Positions 20,780-31,595 of a stretch of DNA of 64,000 nt are shown in pieces. The stretch comes from Acidimicrobiia bacterium. Its GTDB lineage: Bacteria > Actinomycetota > Acidimicrobiia > Acidimicrobiales > Bin134. The stretch covers positions 20,382 through 84,381 of the forward strand of contig JAJEIJ010000019.1 in the NCBI GenBank assembly GCA_022827725.1. The letters are read 5' to 3'. A program made the translations under genes and the position numbers. Within the stretch, counting starts at the first letter, position 1; the number at the start of each line of letters is the position of its first letter. The notes beneath the pieces were generated by a model, which worked only from the letters and a program-made list of their open reading frames with translations, searched no databases and was not told the DNA's origin.

Positions 20780-20816
20780 CAGCCTCATGTCTCCAGCCTC
20801 ATCGTTTCAGCCTCAT
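20780..20816. repeat. 9-mer ATGAGGCTG (minus strand) x3 at 14-nt period across the trkH/trkH junction
   Basis: Plus-strand cagcctcat at 20780-88, 20794-802 and 20808-16. The middle copy supplies the TGA stop of upstream trkH. Confidence 0.85.
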
Positions 20817-22103
20817 CCGCTGGACCTCGCCTATACCCCAGCCGATCACCACAACCACCGGGTAGATCGACAGCCGGCCCAAGAACATCAGGGCAATCAA
20901 CACCCCTCGAGCCGGGGCGGCCAGCACCGTGGCATCGGCAAAACCCGAGAGATCGCCCAAGCCAGGTCCGGCGGTAGCCAGTGCGGAGATCGACCCCGAC
21001 ACCGCGGTCTGCAGGTCTCCCCCGAGCGAGGCGATGCCGAACACCCCTGAGGCGGCGGCCAGCACCCACAGGATCTGGAAGTTGTGGACCCGGGTGAGCG
21101 AAGCCTCCGAAGCCACCGCTCCCGACACCCTCACCGGCACCACCGCCCGAGGATGGAGTTGCACCACTAGTTCCCGCCGCACGATGCCCAAAATCTCGAT
21201 TACCCGTAGCACCCGGAAACCGCCCCCGGCCGAGCCCGCCATCGAGCCCACCCCGATAAGCAAGAGCAGCAGAATTTGGGGCGCGGCCACCCAATAGCCC
21301 CAATCTGCGACTCGGAAACCGGTGGTGCTGATCGACGAGGTGACGACAAAAAACGACTCTCGGATGGTGTCGGCACCCCCGCCGGTATCGGTCCACGTCC
21401 ATGCCGCCACCAGCACCGTCGACCCAACGATCAGGCAGGCGTAGAGCTTGAGCTCGGTCGATCGCCACAAGGCCTGCACTTTCCCCCGCACCATCCATAC
21501 CAACGCGGCCACGGACACGCCGGCAAGGGCCATGGCTCCGGCGCCCACCCACTCGATTGCCGCCGAGTCGAAGTGGGCGAATGAGTCTCGGTAGTTGGCG
21601 AATCCTCCGGTGGATGCGGTGGTGAGCCCGAAGGTCGCGGCGTCAAACACGCCCATACCCGCCGCGTAGTAGGCCGCAAACACCAGGATCGTGAGGCCCA
21701 TATAGGTCAAGACCACCCGTTGGGTGTTGTGCGACCACGTCCTCGCCAGCACTGCCCGCCGCCCCCGGCCCTCGGCCACCTCGCTCAGCCGCCGCTGTCC
21801 CCCGAAGGCCGGCACCACCACCAAGGCGAGCATCAGGCCGCCCAAGCCGCCCAGCCACTGGGTCAAGGCCCGCCATGTGAGGAGCCAGGTGGGCAGGGCC
21901 TCGGGGTCCACCACAGTGAGAGAGGTAGTGGTAAAGCCAGCCACCGACTCGAAGACGGCGTCGTCCACCCCACTTATCTCTCCCGAGGCCAGGTACACCA
22001 CGGTGGAGATCACCACAAGGGAAGCGGCCGTGGCCACGACAGTGGTCAGCACCCTGACTGCGGACCGGTGCCAGGGGAAGCGAACCCGAGACGGGTCGCT
22101 CAT
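20799..22103 (-). CDS. trkH: TrkH/KtrB-family potassium transporter (copy 1)
   Basis: 434 aa polytopic protein with pore-loop motifs (TASTGGFA, SISTTGF, GSAGGGFR). Confidence 0.85.
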   Translation of the reverse strand: MSDPSRVRFPWHRSAVRVLTTVVATAASLVVISTVVYLASGEISGVDDAVFESVAGFTTTSLTVVDPEALPTWLLTWRALTQWLGGLGGLMLALVVVPAFGGQRRLSEVAEGRGRRAVLARTWSHNTQRVVLTYMGLTILVFAAYYAAGMGVFDAATFGLTTASTGGFANYRDSFAHFDSAAIEWVGAGAMALAGVSVAALVWMVRGKVQALWRSTELKLYACLIVGSTVLVAAWTWTDTGGGADTIRESFFVVTSSISTTGFRVADWGYWVAAPQILLLLLIGVGSMAGSAGGGFRVLRVIEILGIVRRELVVQLHPRAVVPVRVSGAVASEASLTRVHNFQILWVLAAASGVFGIASLGGDLQTAVSGSISALATAGPGLGDLSGFADATVLAAPARGVLIALMFLGRLSIYPVVVVIGWGIGEVQRMRLKR

Positions 22104-22110
22104 TCCATGC

Positions 22111-22215
22111 TCACCCGAAGAAGCGCTTCACTTCGTCCACGGTGTCCGGCCGCGCAGGATCATGTCCTATCACCCGAAGAAGCGCTTGACTTCGTCAACC
22201 GTGTCCGGCCGCGCA
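22111..22215. repeat. 46-bp direct repeat x2 (period 59) duplicating the trkA 3' end
   Basis: tcacccgaagaagcgcttCacttcgtcCacGgtgtccggccgcgca (22111-56) versus the same with 3 mismatches (22170-215). The distal copy is the real trkA terminus. Confidence 0.9.
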
Positions 22216-23513
22216 AAGACCACGATGTGGTCGCGGCTGCGGAGCTGGCTGCGACCCCGTCCGATCTGTGCCTTGCCGTCTCGCACATAGGCGCCAACGA
22301 GCACGTCCTTGGGCAGACCCAGCTCTCTCACCACGGCCCCATCGGCCTTCGACCCCGCCTTGATCTCAACCTCGATGACCTCGAAGTCGCCCGACAGGTA
22401 GGTGGCCACTTGGGCCACCTCGCCCCGCACATAGCGGAGCACTCCGTTAGCGCTGGCCGTTCGGGGCGACAATGCCACGTCGATGCCCACATCCCGCAGC
22501 AGCGTGCGCAGCGCCAAGTTGTGCAACACGGCGATGGTCCCGCTCGCTCCCATCGACTCGGCATACAGACAGGCCAGGATGTTGGCGTCGTCTTTGCCGG
22601 TGAGAGCGATCACTGCGTCGAACTTGCCGACATCCTCGGATTCCAGCAACTCGGCGTCGGTGATATCGCCGTGGATCACCAGCACTGCATCCAGTTCCTC
22701 ACTCAGCGTCTGGGCCCGCTCCAGATTCCGCTCGATGAGCACTACCTCGGCATGGCGCTCACTCAGTCGCCGGGCCAATATCTCGGCCGTCCGGCCCCCG
22801 CCGAGCAGCATCACCCGGCGATGGGTGCCCGGCGCCAGACCCAAGAGCGGCAACAGCGTCGATCGGGCTCGCCGCTTGCATACCACCCGCAGAAGATCGC
22901 CGGGCTCAAGTGTGGTATCGGCCCGGGGAATCTGGGTCTTGCCCTCACGGGTGAGCACGGCCACAAGGAAGTCCCAGTCGGGCTCATACTCTTCGGCGAT
23001 ATCGACCAATCGCCGATTAGCCCAGGGTGCGTCGGCGGTGAGCTTCGCCCCCACCACCACAACCTCCCCATCGGCCATCACCGTAACGTCGGTGGCCCCC
23101 GGATATGACAGGAGGTCCATGATCTCGTGGGCGGTCTCCTCGTCGGGGTCGATGATGGTGTCGGCCTGCATCGCCTCCCGCAGCTCCCGGGCGTCCTTCT
23201 CCCGCAGGTTGCGGGCCTGGATACGGGCGATGGTGCGTCCCACGCCGTGCTGCTTGGCCAGCAAGCAGGCCACCAGGTTCACCTCGTCGTGGGCGGTGAC
23301 CGCCACCAGCAGGTCGGCCTTGTTGATGCCCGCCTCGACGAGAACGTGAGGATGGGTGCCGCTCCCCTCCACTGCCAACACGTCCAGGTCTTCAGCCAGG
23401 CTGTGCAGCTTCTTGGCGTTCACCTCCACGACCGACACGGTGTTGCCCTCTTCGCTCAAAATCTGAGCGACATGGGAACCCACCTCGCCAGCGCCCACGA
23501 CCACGATGCGCAC
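22170..23513 (-). CDS. trkA: Trk system potassium uptake protein TrkA (two RCK/NAD-binding modules)
   Basis: Trimmed to GTG 23513 preceded by AAGGA: (M)RIVVVGAGEVGSHVA. A second Rossmann module (VMLLGGGRTAE) gives the typical tandem TrkA-N/TrkA-C architecture. Confidence 0.9.
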   Translation of the reverse strand: MRIVVVGAGEVGSHVAQILSEEGNTVSVVEVNAKKLHSLAEDLDVLAVEGSGTHPHVLVEAGINKADLLVAVTAHDEVNLVACLLAKQHGVGRTIARIQARNLREKDARELREAMQADTIIDPDEETAHEIMDLLSYPGATDVTVMADGEVVVVGAKLTADAPWANRRLVDIAEEYEPDWDFLVAVLTREGKTQIPRADTTLEPGDLLRVVCKRRARSTLLPLLGLAPGTHRRVMLLGGGRTAEILARRLSERHAEVVLIERNLERAQTLSEELDAVLVIHGDITDAELLESEDVGKFDAVIALTGKDDANILACLYAESMGASGTIAVLHNLALRTLLRDVGIDVALSPRTASANGVLRYVRGEVAQVATYLSGDFEVIEVEIKAGSKADGAVVRELGLPKDVLVGAYVRDGKAQIGRGRSQLRSRDHIVVFARPDTVDEVKRFFG

Positions 23514-23579
23514 TGCTACATCCTTACTGAAAATCCACGAGGGTGCGAGCACTCCCCCGGTTCTGGGGTCGCACGCCGA

Positions 23580-24185
23580 TCACTGGCGGGCCCGGCGCGA
23601 CAACGCTTTGCTGAACACCCGCACCCGCTCTTCGGTGACCACCGCATCCATGGTCACATCGCCGGGGTGGGACGGCACCCCATCCACGAGCTGACACTCA
23701 TAGGCCAGCCCCACTACCAGCGGCTTGGCTGGGCGGGGCCCGTTGAGCAAAAAGGACAGCGCCCGGTCGTAATAGCCCTGGCCTCGGCCGGCGCGATGGC
23801 CAGCAGCGTCGAACACCACTACAGGGGCGAACACCACATCAAGCTCCCGGGCCGACACCAGAAACTCGACATCGACATCAGGCTCGGGAATCCCAAACCG
23901 GTTGAGCACGAACGTAGTGTCCGGCCCGGCGGGGGCGAACTGGATGGGAGCGGGATCGCGCATCACCGGGAAATACACCTCGATGTCCCGCAGGCGGCAA
24001 GCGGTCACCAGTGGGGCCGGATCGATCTCGCCGTCGTCGGCCACCGTGGCTGACACCCGACCCACGCCGTCCAGCCAGCCAAGGGAGGTAACCGCGTTGC
24101 GCACTGCTCGCGCCGCACCCTCGGGATCAGAAAACAAGCGCCGGGCCTCCCGGGCTTCGGTCCGCAACCGGCTGAGGCTGACCAC
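23580..24185 (-). CDS. 5-formyltetrahydrofolate cyclo-ligase
   Basis: GHRAGRGQGYYDRAL signature near the C-terminus; 201 aa. Confidence 0.8.
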   Translation of the reverse strand: MVSLSRLRTEAREARRLFSDPEGAARAVRNAVTSLGWLDGVGRVSATVADDGEIDPAPLVTACRLRDIEVYFPVMRDPAPIQFAPAGPDTTFVLNRFGIPEPDVDVEFLVSARELDVVFAPVVVFDAAGHRAGRGQGYYDRALSFLLNGPRPAKPLVVGLAYECQLVDGVPSHPGDVTMDAVVTEERVRVFSKALSRRARQ

Positions 24186-24295
24186 GGTTCCAGATTATCG
24201 CTAATGACCCGAAATTGGTTATCCCAAATGGCAACCTTGGCAGGTCATATTCTCGCTGGCTAACTTCGCCTAGTTATCTCAAACAGGGGGTCAAC

Positions 24296-26392
<2,097 letters not shown>

Positions 26393-26432
26393 TCCGGCCC
26401 CGTAGCGGTCTCGAACATGGCAACATGACCCG

Positions 26433-27221
26433 ATGCCGATAGCCAAAGTCCGCGACCTCGACCTTTACTTCGAGTTGCACGGGTCGGGGCCGCCCCTGCT
26501 CAATATCAGCGGCAGCGGGGGCGACTTGCGCATGACTGCCCCCGACCTGAACCCGCTCAACAGTGCCTTCTCCGTGGCCCACTACGACCAGCGGGGCCTT
26601 GGCCAAACCTCCACGCCGCCGTTGCCATGGACCATGGCCGACTACGCCGCCGACGCCGTCGCTTTCTTGGACTTCTTGGGGTGGGATTCAGTGCCGGTGG
26701 TGGGCACCAGCTTCGGCGGGATGGTGGGCATGAACATGGCCGTGCTCCATCCGGGGCGGATCAGCAAGCTGGTGCTCAACTGCACCTCCCCCGGTGGGCC
26801 CGAATACAGCTCATGGCCCCTGCACACCCTGGCCGACCTCGATCCCAACGAGCGGGGCGAGGTGGCGTTGGAGATCATGGACACCCGCTATGAGCGGGGC
26901 GGCCCGCTGCCCCCCGGCGTGGAGATGTTCGTGGTCAATGCGCGCCCCGACGGCCCCGCCCTGCCGCTCGAAACCCCCGGCGCGCTCGGCCAGCTGGAAG
27001 CCCGCCGGGGCCACGATGTGGTCGACCGCCTGAGCGAGATCCACGCGCCCACGCTGGTGTGCGCCGGCATCCACGACGGCATCGCCCCCATGCGCAACAG
27101 CGAACTGCTGCGAGACCGAATCCCCAACGCCCGCCTAGCCACCTTCGACGGGGGCCACATCTTCATGATGCAAGACCCCTCCGCTTACCCCACCATCCTG
27201 GAGTTCCTCGCAGAAGACTGA
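26433..27221 (+). CDS. alpha/beta hydrolase
   Basis: GSGPPLLNISGSGG region, nucleophile elbow GTSFGG, C-terminal GGHIFMMQDP. Confidence 0.8.
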   Translation: MPIAKVRDLDLYFELHGSGPPLLNISGSGGDLRMTAPDLNPLNSAFSVAHYDQRGLGQTSTPPLPWTMADYAADAVAFLDFLGWDSVPVVGTSFGGMVGMNMAVLHPGRISKLVLNCTSPGGPEYSSWPLHTLADLDPNERGEVALEIMDTRYERGGPLPPGVEMFVVNARPDGPALPLETPGALGQLEARRGHDVVDRLSEIHAPTLVCAGIHDGIAPMRNSELLRDRIPNARLATFDGGHIFMMQDPSAYPTILEFLAED

Positions 27222-27249
27222 AGGGCAGCGAACGCCCTACCGTGGTGGC

Positions 27250-27783
27250 GTGAACCGGGAGCGGGCGCTGAGAACACTAGGGCTGGAAAAGGGGGCGCAG
27301 GCTGACGACGTCAATCGGGCATATCGAGCGCTGATCCGCCAAGCCCACCCTGATGCCGGGGGCAGCACTGTGGTGGCGGCTCGCATTACCGAGGCCTACC
27401 ACTGGCTACAGCGGGCCGGAGTTGAGCCTCCCCCGACTCCGAAACCAGCTCCCCCACCCCAACCAGCCCCTTCGGCGGCCGACGACGCCTCTGCGCTGAT
27501 CCTCCCTCCAGGCGACATATTCGCCCGGCTGGTAGAGGCAGGACACCAGTTGGGCGAGGTGAGCTACATCGACCACGACGCCGGCATCGTGCAGATCACC
27601 TTCACCGCCCAAAACGGAGTGGTCTGCCAGCTAGCAGCCACGATCGCCCCAATGCCGTCCCGAACCAGCCGGGGCGAAGCCAGAGTCGAATTCACCCTCG
27701 ATCCCCTGGCCAGCGGCGAGGCCCCACCCATCGACCAAGTTGTCGCCCAATTCGCCCGAATCTTCCAACGCACCCATACCTAG
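27250..27783 (+). CDS. J-domain (DnaJ-like) protein with uncharacterised C-terminal domain
   Basis: LGLEKGAQADDVNRAYRALIRQAHPDAGGS carries the HPD motif, followed by a Pro-rich linker and an unknown ~90 aa domain. Confidence 0.75.
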   Translation: MNRERALRTLGLEKGAQADDVNRAYRALIRQAHPDAGGSTVVAARITEAYHWLQRAGVEPPPTPKPAPPPQPAPSAADDASALILPPGDIFARLVEAGHQLGEVSYIDHDAGIVQITFTAQNGVVCQLAATIAPMPSRTSRGEARVEFTLDPLASGEAPPIDQVVAQFARIFQRTHT

Positions 27784-27821
27784 CTCAAACTGTCACTGGT
27801 CGTCCGTAGAGTGATCGGCCC

Positions 27822-28469
27822 ATGTCAGTTGCTGCCCCACCATCCGAGCGATACAGCGCCATTGCCCAGCCCGCGCTGTGGAGCATGCAGGAGCCCGTCG
27901 CTCTTGAGTTGGCCCCTAACCGGGTCGATCTGGGTGACGAAGCGTGGGTCGACACGATGACCGGCTTCGTCCGGGGCGGCGACTCCCTCTTGGGCACTCT
28001 GGTGAACACAGTGCCCTTGTCCACTGGGAGACGGCCCATGTACGACAACATGGTGGATGTCCCGCGGCTGTCGAGCCATCTCCCCACTGACGTAGTGGGC
28101 GCAGCCTCACCCGTGATCGGCGACATCGCAGCGATGCTGGGTGCCCGCTATCGCAAGGCCTTCACCCGGGTGGGAATCAATCTCTACCGCAACGAACACG
28201 ACAGCGTGGCCTGGCACGCCGACAAGATCGGCCGGGTCATGCACCAGCCCGTCATCGGCCTGGTGTCGCTGGGTGCGGCCCGCCCCTTCCTGCTCCGGCC
28301 CCTCGGCGGCGGCAAGTCCCGAAAGTTCGTTCTCGGCTCTGGTGACCTACTGGTGATGGGCGGCAACTGCCAGCACCGCTTCGAGCACTCCGTCCCCAAG
28401 CTCACCCACCCCACCGCCCCCCGCCTCAGCATCACCTTCCGCCACGAATCCTCAGAAAGGAGCCCTTGA
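27822..28469 (+). CDS. alkB: AlkB-like Fe(II)/2-oxoglutarate-dependent dioxygenase
   Basis: NLYRNEHDSVAWHADK (HxD), QHRFEHSVPK (distal His) and RLSITFR (2OG-binding Arg); 215 aa. Confidence 0.8.
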   Translation: MSVAAPPSERYSAIAQPALWSMQEPVALELAPNRVDLGDEAWVDTMTGFVRGGDSLLGTLVNTVPLSTGRRPMYDNMVDVPRLSSHLPTDVVGAASPVIGDIAAMLGARYRKAFTRVGINLYRNEHDSVAWHADKIGRVMHQPVIGLVSLGAARPFLLRPLGGGKSRKFVLGSGDLLVMGGNCQHRFEHSVPKLTHPTAPRLSITFRHESSERSP

Positions 28470-28471
28470 AT

Positions 28472-30550
28472 ATGCCGGACCCGCAAGCAGAATATTTTGC
28501 TTCCGAAGCTCATGACCGCTTACGAGCGTTGACTGCCAATCAGTCATCGACCTTCCGCCCTGGACAGCTTGAGGCCATTGAACGACTGGTCTTGCAGCGG
28601 AAGAGAGTTCTCTTGGTTCAGCGAACAGGTTGGGGGAAGAGCGCGGTTTACTTCATCGCTACTCGGCTCTTGCGCGATCGAGGTGCGGGTCCCACCCTGT
28701 TGGTGTCTCCTTTGTTGGCATTGATGCGGAACCAGATCGAAGCCGCTCAGCGCATGGGTGTCCGGGCGACCACGATCAATAGCTCCAACCAGGAGGAATG
28801 GGAGGCGGTGTATGCCGCCATTGCCTCGGACCAGATTGACATTCTGTTGATCTCACCGGAGCGGCTAGCCAATCGGGATTTCCGCACCGAGCACCTCCCG
28901 TCGCTCGCCCAGCGGGGCGGCCTCTTGGTGGTTGACGAAGTTCACTGCATTTCCGATTGGGGACACGACTTTCGGCCCGACTACCGACGAATCAAGAGAG
29001 TCTTGGACCTGCTTCCTCAAGGAATTCCCGTCTTGGGCTGCACTGCGACGGCCAATGATCGGGTCGTGGCAGATGTAGCTGAACAGCTTGGGGCTGAACT
29101 GGATCGCATTCGAGGTCCCCTGGGCCGTGAGGGGCTCCGGCTCCGCGTCTACGAACCAGCACCCCAGCAGAAACGACTGGCGTGGATGGCTGAAACAATT
29201 CCCAAGCTGTCTGGGACCGGCATCGTCTACTGCCTCACGGTCCGTGACGCTGAGAGAGTTGCAGCCTGGCTTTCCTCTCAGGGAATAATCGCTGTCGCCT
29301 ACTCGGGCGATTCTGCCAATGACAGCCGATTGGAGATCGAACAACAACTGCTAGGCAATCAGGTGAAGGTCGTCGCTGCGACTTCCGCACTGGGAATGGG
29401 ATTCGACAAACCCGACCTCTCCTTCGTCATCCACTATCAGGCACCGGGCTCCCCGATTGCCTACTACCAACAGGTGGGAAGGGCCGGGCGTAATCTGACC
29501 GAGTCGTGGGGCATCCTGCTTCAGGGCTACGAGGACGCTGCCATCCAAAGCCACTTCATCGACACGGCATTCCCGACCGTTGACCAAGCCCATGAAATTG
29601 TGGGGCTGTTGGAACGAACGGCAAGCCCCTTGAAGCTCACTGAGATTGAACGTGCCGTGAACATCCGACGCTTGCGGCTTGAGCAGCTCCTGAAGATTCT
29701 GGAGGTCGACGGCGCAGTTGAGCGTGTCCCTGCCGGTTGGCAGCGAAGGCTTCAACCGTGGAACTACGACAGTGAGCGGGTTGAAAAAGTCACTGACCTG
29801 CGGTGGGCGGAACAGGCTCAGATGGCTGAATATGCCAGCACTGGCCAGTGCCGAATGAACCTACTCAGGTCGTACCTGGACGATCCACAGACGCATCCTT
29901 GCGGAATCTGCGACAACTGCCTCTCAGACCGCAGAGAGCTCGGGGTGAGCACCCAAGCGGTTCAGGCCGCAGTCGACTTCCTACGGGGAGCAGAGCTCGC
30001 GATTAAGCCCCGAAAACAGTTCGCTGGCGGGGGCAGTATCCCCACGGATCAACGCTGTGAATCTGGTCGCGTGCTGGCCTTGTGGGGTGATGGGGGCTGG
30101 GGAGCACTCGTCCAAGAAGGCAAGGCCGAAGGACGATTCGACGACAAACTGGTTGAGGCTTCAGCGAACTTGATCCTAGAAAACTGGAAGCCTGACCCTG
30201 CACCTGCCTGGGTGACCTATGTGCCTTCCCTCAAGAATCCTGAGCTTGTCCGAGGATTCGCCCAGCGCATCGCCCAGGAACTGGGGCTACCGTGCGATGA
30301 TGCAGTTGTCAAAACTCAGGACACCCAGCCGCAGAAGTTCATGCAGAACAGTGCCAAGCAATACGCAAACATCGTGGATGCATTCAGGATCGTCTCAGAG
30401 ATTCCTTCTGAGCCTGTGCTGTTAGTGGACGACATCGTGGACTCCCGGTGGACGTTCACAGTAATCGCTGCTCAGCTTCGGAGAGCTGGTGCCGGACCGG
30501 TTTACCCGTTCGCCTTGGCAGATACGGCGGGAAGGTCGGCGCGTGACTGA
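28472..30550 (+). CDS. RecQ-family helicase fused to a C-terminal phosphoribosyltransferase-like domain (PsyrT/ShosT-like)
   Basis: ATG 28472 preceded by GAAAGGAG. Helicase motifs QRTGWGKSAVY, DEVHCISDWGHDFRPDY, GCTATA and HYQAPGS..YYQQVGRAGR. C-terminal VLLVDDIVDSRWTF is a PRPP-loop-like (ComF/PRTase) motif. Locally lower GC. Confidence 0.85.
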   Translation: MPDPQAEYFASEAHDRLRALTANQSSTFRPGQLEAIERLVLQRKRVLLVQRTGWGKSAVYFIATRLLRDRGAGPTLLVSPLLALMRNQIEAAQRMGVRATTINSSNQEEWEAVYAAIASDQIDILLISPERLANRDFRTEHLPSLAQRGGLLVVDEVHCISDWGHDFRPDYRRIKRVLDLLPQGIPVLGCTATANDRVVADVAEQLGAELDRIRGPLGREGLRLRVYEPAPQQKRLAWMAETIPKLSGTGIVYCLTVRDAERVAAWLSSQGIIAVAYSGDSANDSRLEIEQQLLGNQVKVVAATSALGMGFDKPDLSFVIHYQAPGSPIAYYQQVGRAGRNLTESWGILLQGYEDAAIQSHFIDTAFPTVDQAHEIVGLLERTASPLKLTEIERAVNIRRLRLEQLLKILEVDGAVERVPAGWQRRLQPWNYDSERVEKVTDLRWAEQAQMAEYASTGQCRMNLLRSYLDDPQTHPCGICDNCLSDRRELGVSTQAVQAAVDFLRGAELAIKPRKQFAGGGSIPTDQRCESGRVLALWGDGGWGALVQEGKAEGRFDDKLVEASANLILENWKPDPAPAWVTYVPSLKNPELVRGFAQRIAQELGLPCDDAVVKTQDTQPQKFMQNSAKQYANIVDAFRIVSEIPSEPVLLVDDIVDSRWTFTVIAAQLRRAGAGPVYPFALADTAGRSARD

Positions 30551-31571
30551 GTTCGGACGAATCGGGTGCGGGAGCACGGCTAACCAGGACTCGCTGGCCG
30601 CGCTGTTGCTCACCAGCAGGCTGGCTTCGGAAGGGGTCAAGCCGTTTACCTCTGCGGAGTACTGGCAACGATCAGATCTTGCCAGCCGACCAAGCGCGCT
30701 TTTTGACACACCGCCTGAATCGCTGTGCAGCGTGCATGGTCTTGCCGAAGAGATGGCTTCCAGGATTGCCGCCCTCTTTGATCGAGCTATCGCGATGGCC
30801 TTTGAGGTCGACCGCTTGATGCAATCTGGCATTCACACCATCACTCCGTTTGATGAGCACTATCCATGTCTGTTCAGGTATCGGCTGAAGGAGAAAGCCC
30901 CGGTGGTGTTACACGCTGCTGGCCCCCTTGATCTCTTCGACCGCCCAGGTCTCGGAGTGGTCGGAAGCCGAGATATTGGCGAAGAAGGCGCCGAAGTCGC
31001 CAAGGGCGCGGCTCGGTTGGCTACCCGGCTGGGTTTGCCGGTGGTTTCCGGCGGTGCTCGAGGAGTGGATCAGGTGGCCATGAACGCGGCTGTTGGTGAG
31101 GAGGGAGCAGCGGGTGCCGCGATTGGCTTTCTGGCTGACTCGATGGAGCGTCAGCTTAAGCGGCCGGACACCCGACGGGTCATCCTCGATGGCTGTGCTC
31201 TGTTGTGTACCCCCTATAAGCCCGACGCCCGGTTCACAGCGGGAACGGCTATGGGCCGCAACAAGCTCATCTATGCCGGTTCGCTGACAACGCTGGTCGT
31301 GGCAAGCGACGTGGAATCTGGTGGGACATGGGCAGGGGCGGTCGAATCGCTCAAACACGGCTTCGGACCGGTCGCCGTATGGCGAGGGCCGGGTGAGGGC
31401 CCAGGCAACGAACGCTTGGAGCAACTGGGAGCGATGCCAGTCAGCTCGTTGGATGAATTGGAGGCCCTGCTCATCGAGGTACAAAACGAGCCGATGCCGA
31501 GTGAATCGGCTACGCCAGTAGGAGACGAGGCTCGGCTTCCGTTCCCCTCAGAGTTCAGCAACCAGAGCTGA
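30543..31571 (+). CDS. DprA/Smf-like Rossmann-fold protein (PsyrA/ShosA-like)
   Basis: GTG 30543 overlaps the helicase stop (GTGACTGA). GVVGSRDIGEEG...LPVVSGGARGVDQVAMNAAV is the DprA core motif. Confidence 0.8.
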   Translation: MTEFGRIGCGSTANQDSLAALLLTSRLASEGVKPFTSAEYWQRSDLASRPSALFDTPPESLCSVHGLAEEMASRIAALFDRAIAMAFEVDRLMQSGIHTITPFDEHYPCLFRYRLKEKAPVVLHAAGPLDLFDRPGLGVVGSRDIGEEGAEVAKGAARLATRLGLPVVSGGARGVDQVAMNAAVGEEGAAGAAIGFLADSMERQLKRPDTRRVILDGCALLCTPYKPDARFTAGTAMGRNKLIYAGSLTTLVVASDVESGGTWAGAVESLKHGFGPVAVWRGPGEGPGNERLEQLGAMPVSSLDELEALLIEVQNEPMPSESATPVGDEARLPFPSEFSNQS

Positions 31572-31595
31572 GAACGATTCGGAACCGACGACAGA

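Noticed and set aside
20799-20801. In-frame TGA between the two trkH genes as a third selenocysteine/read-through site
   Set aside because: Both flanking ORFs are complete TrkH-type proteins, each with its own start. The TGA lies in a short tandem repeat, no Sec-type redox motif or SECIS-like hairpin follows, and being in frame has a 1-in-3 chance expectation.
21720-23108. 462-aa plus-strand ORF across trkH/trkA
   Set aside because: Antisense to two well-supported genes. The translation is low complexity.
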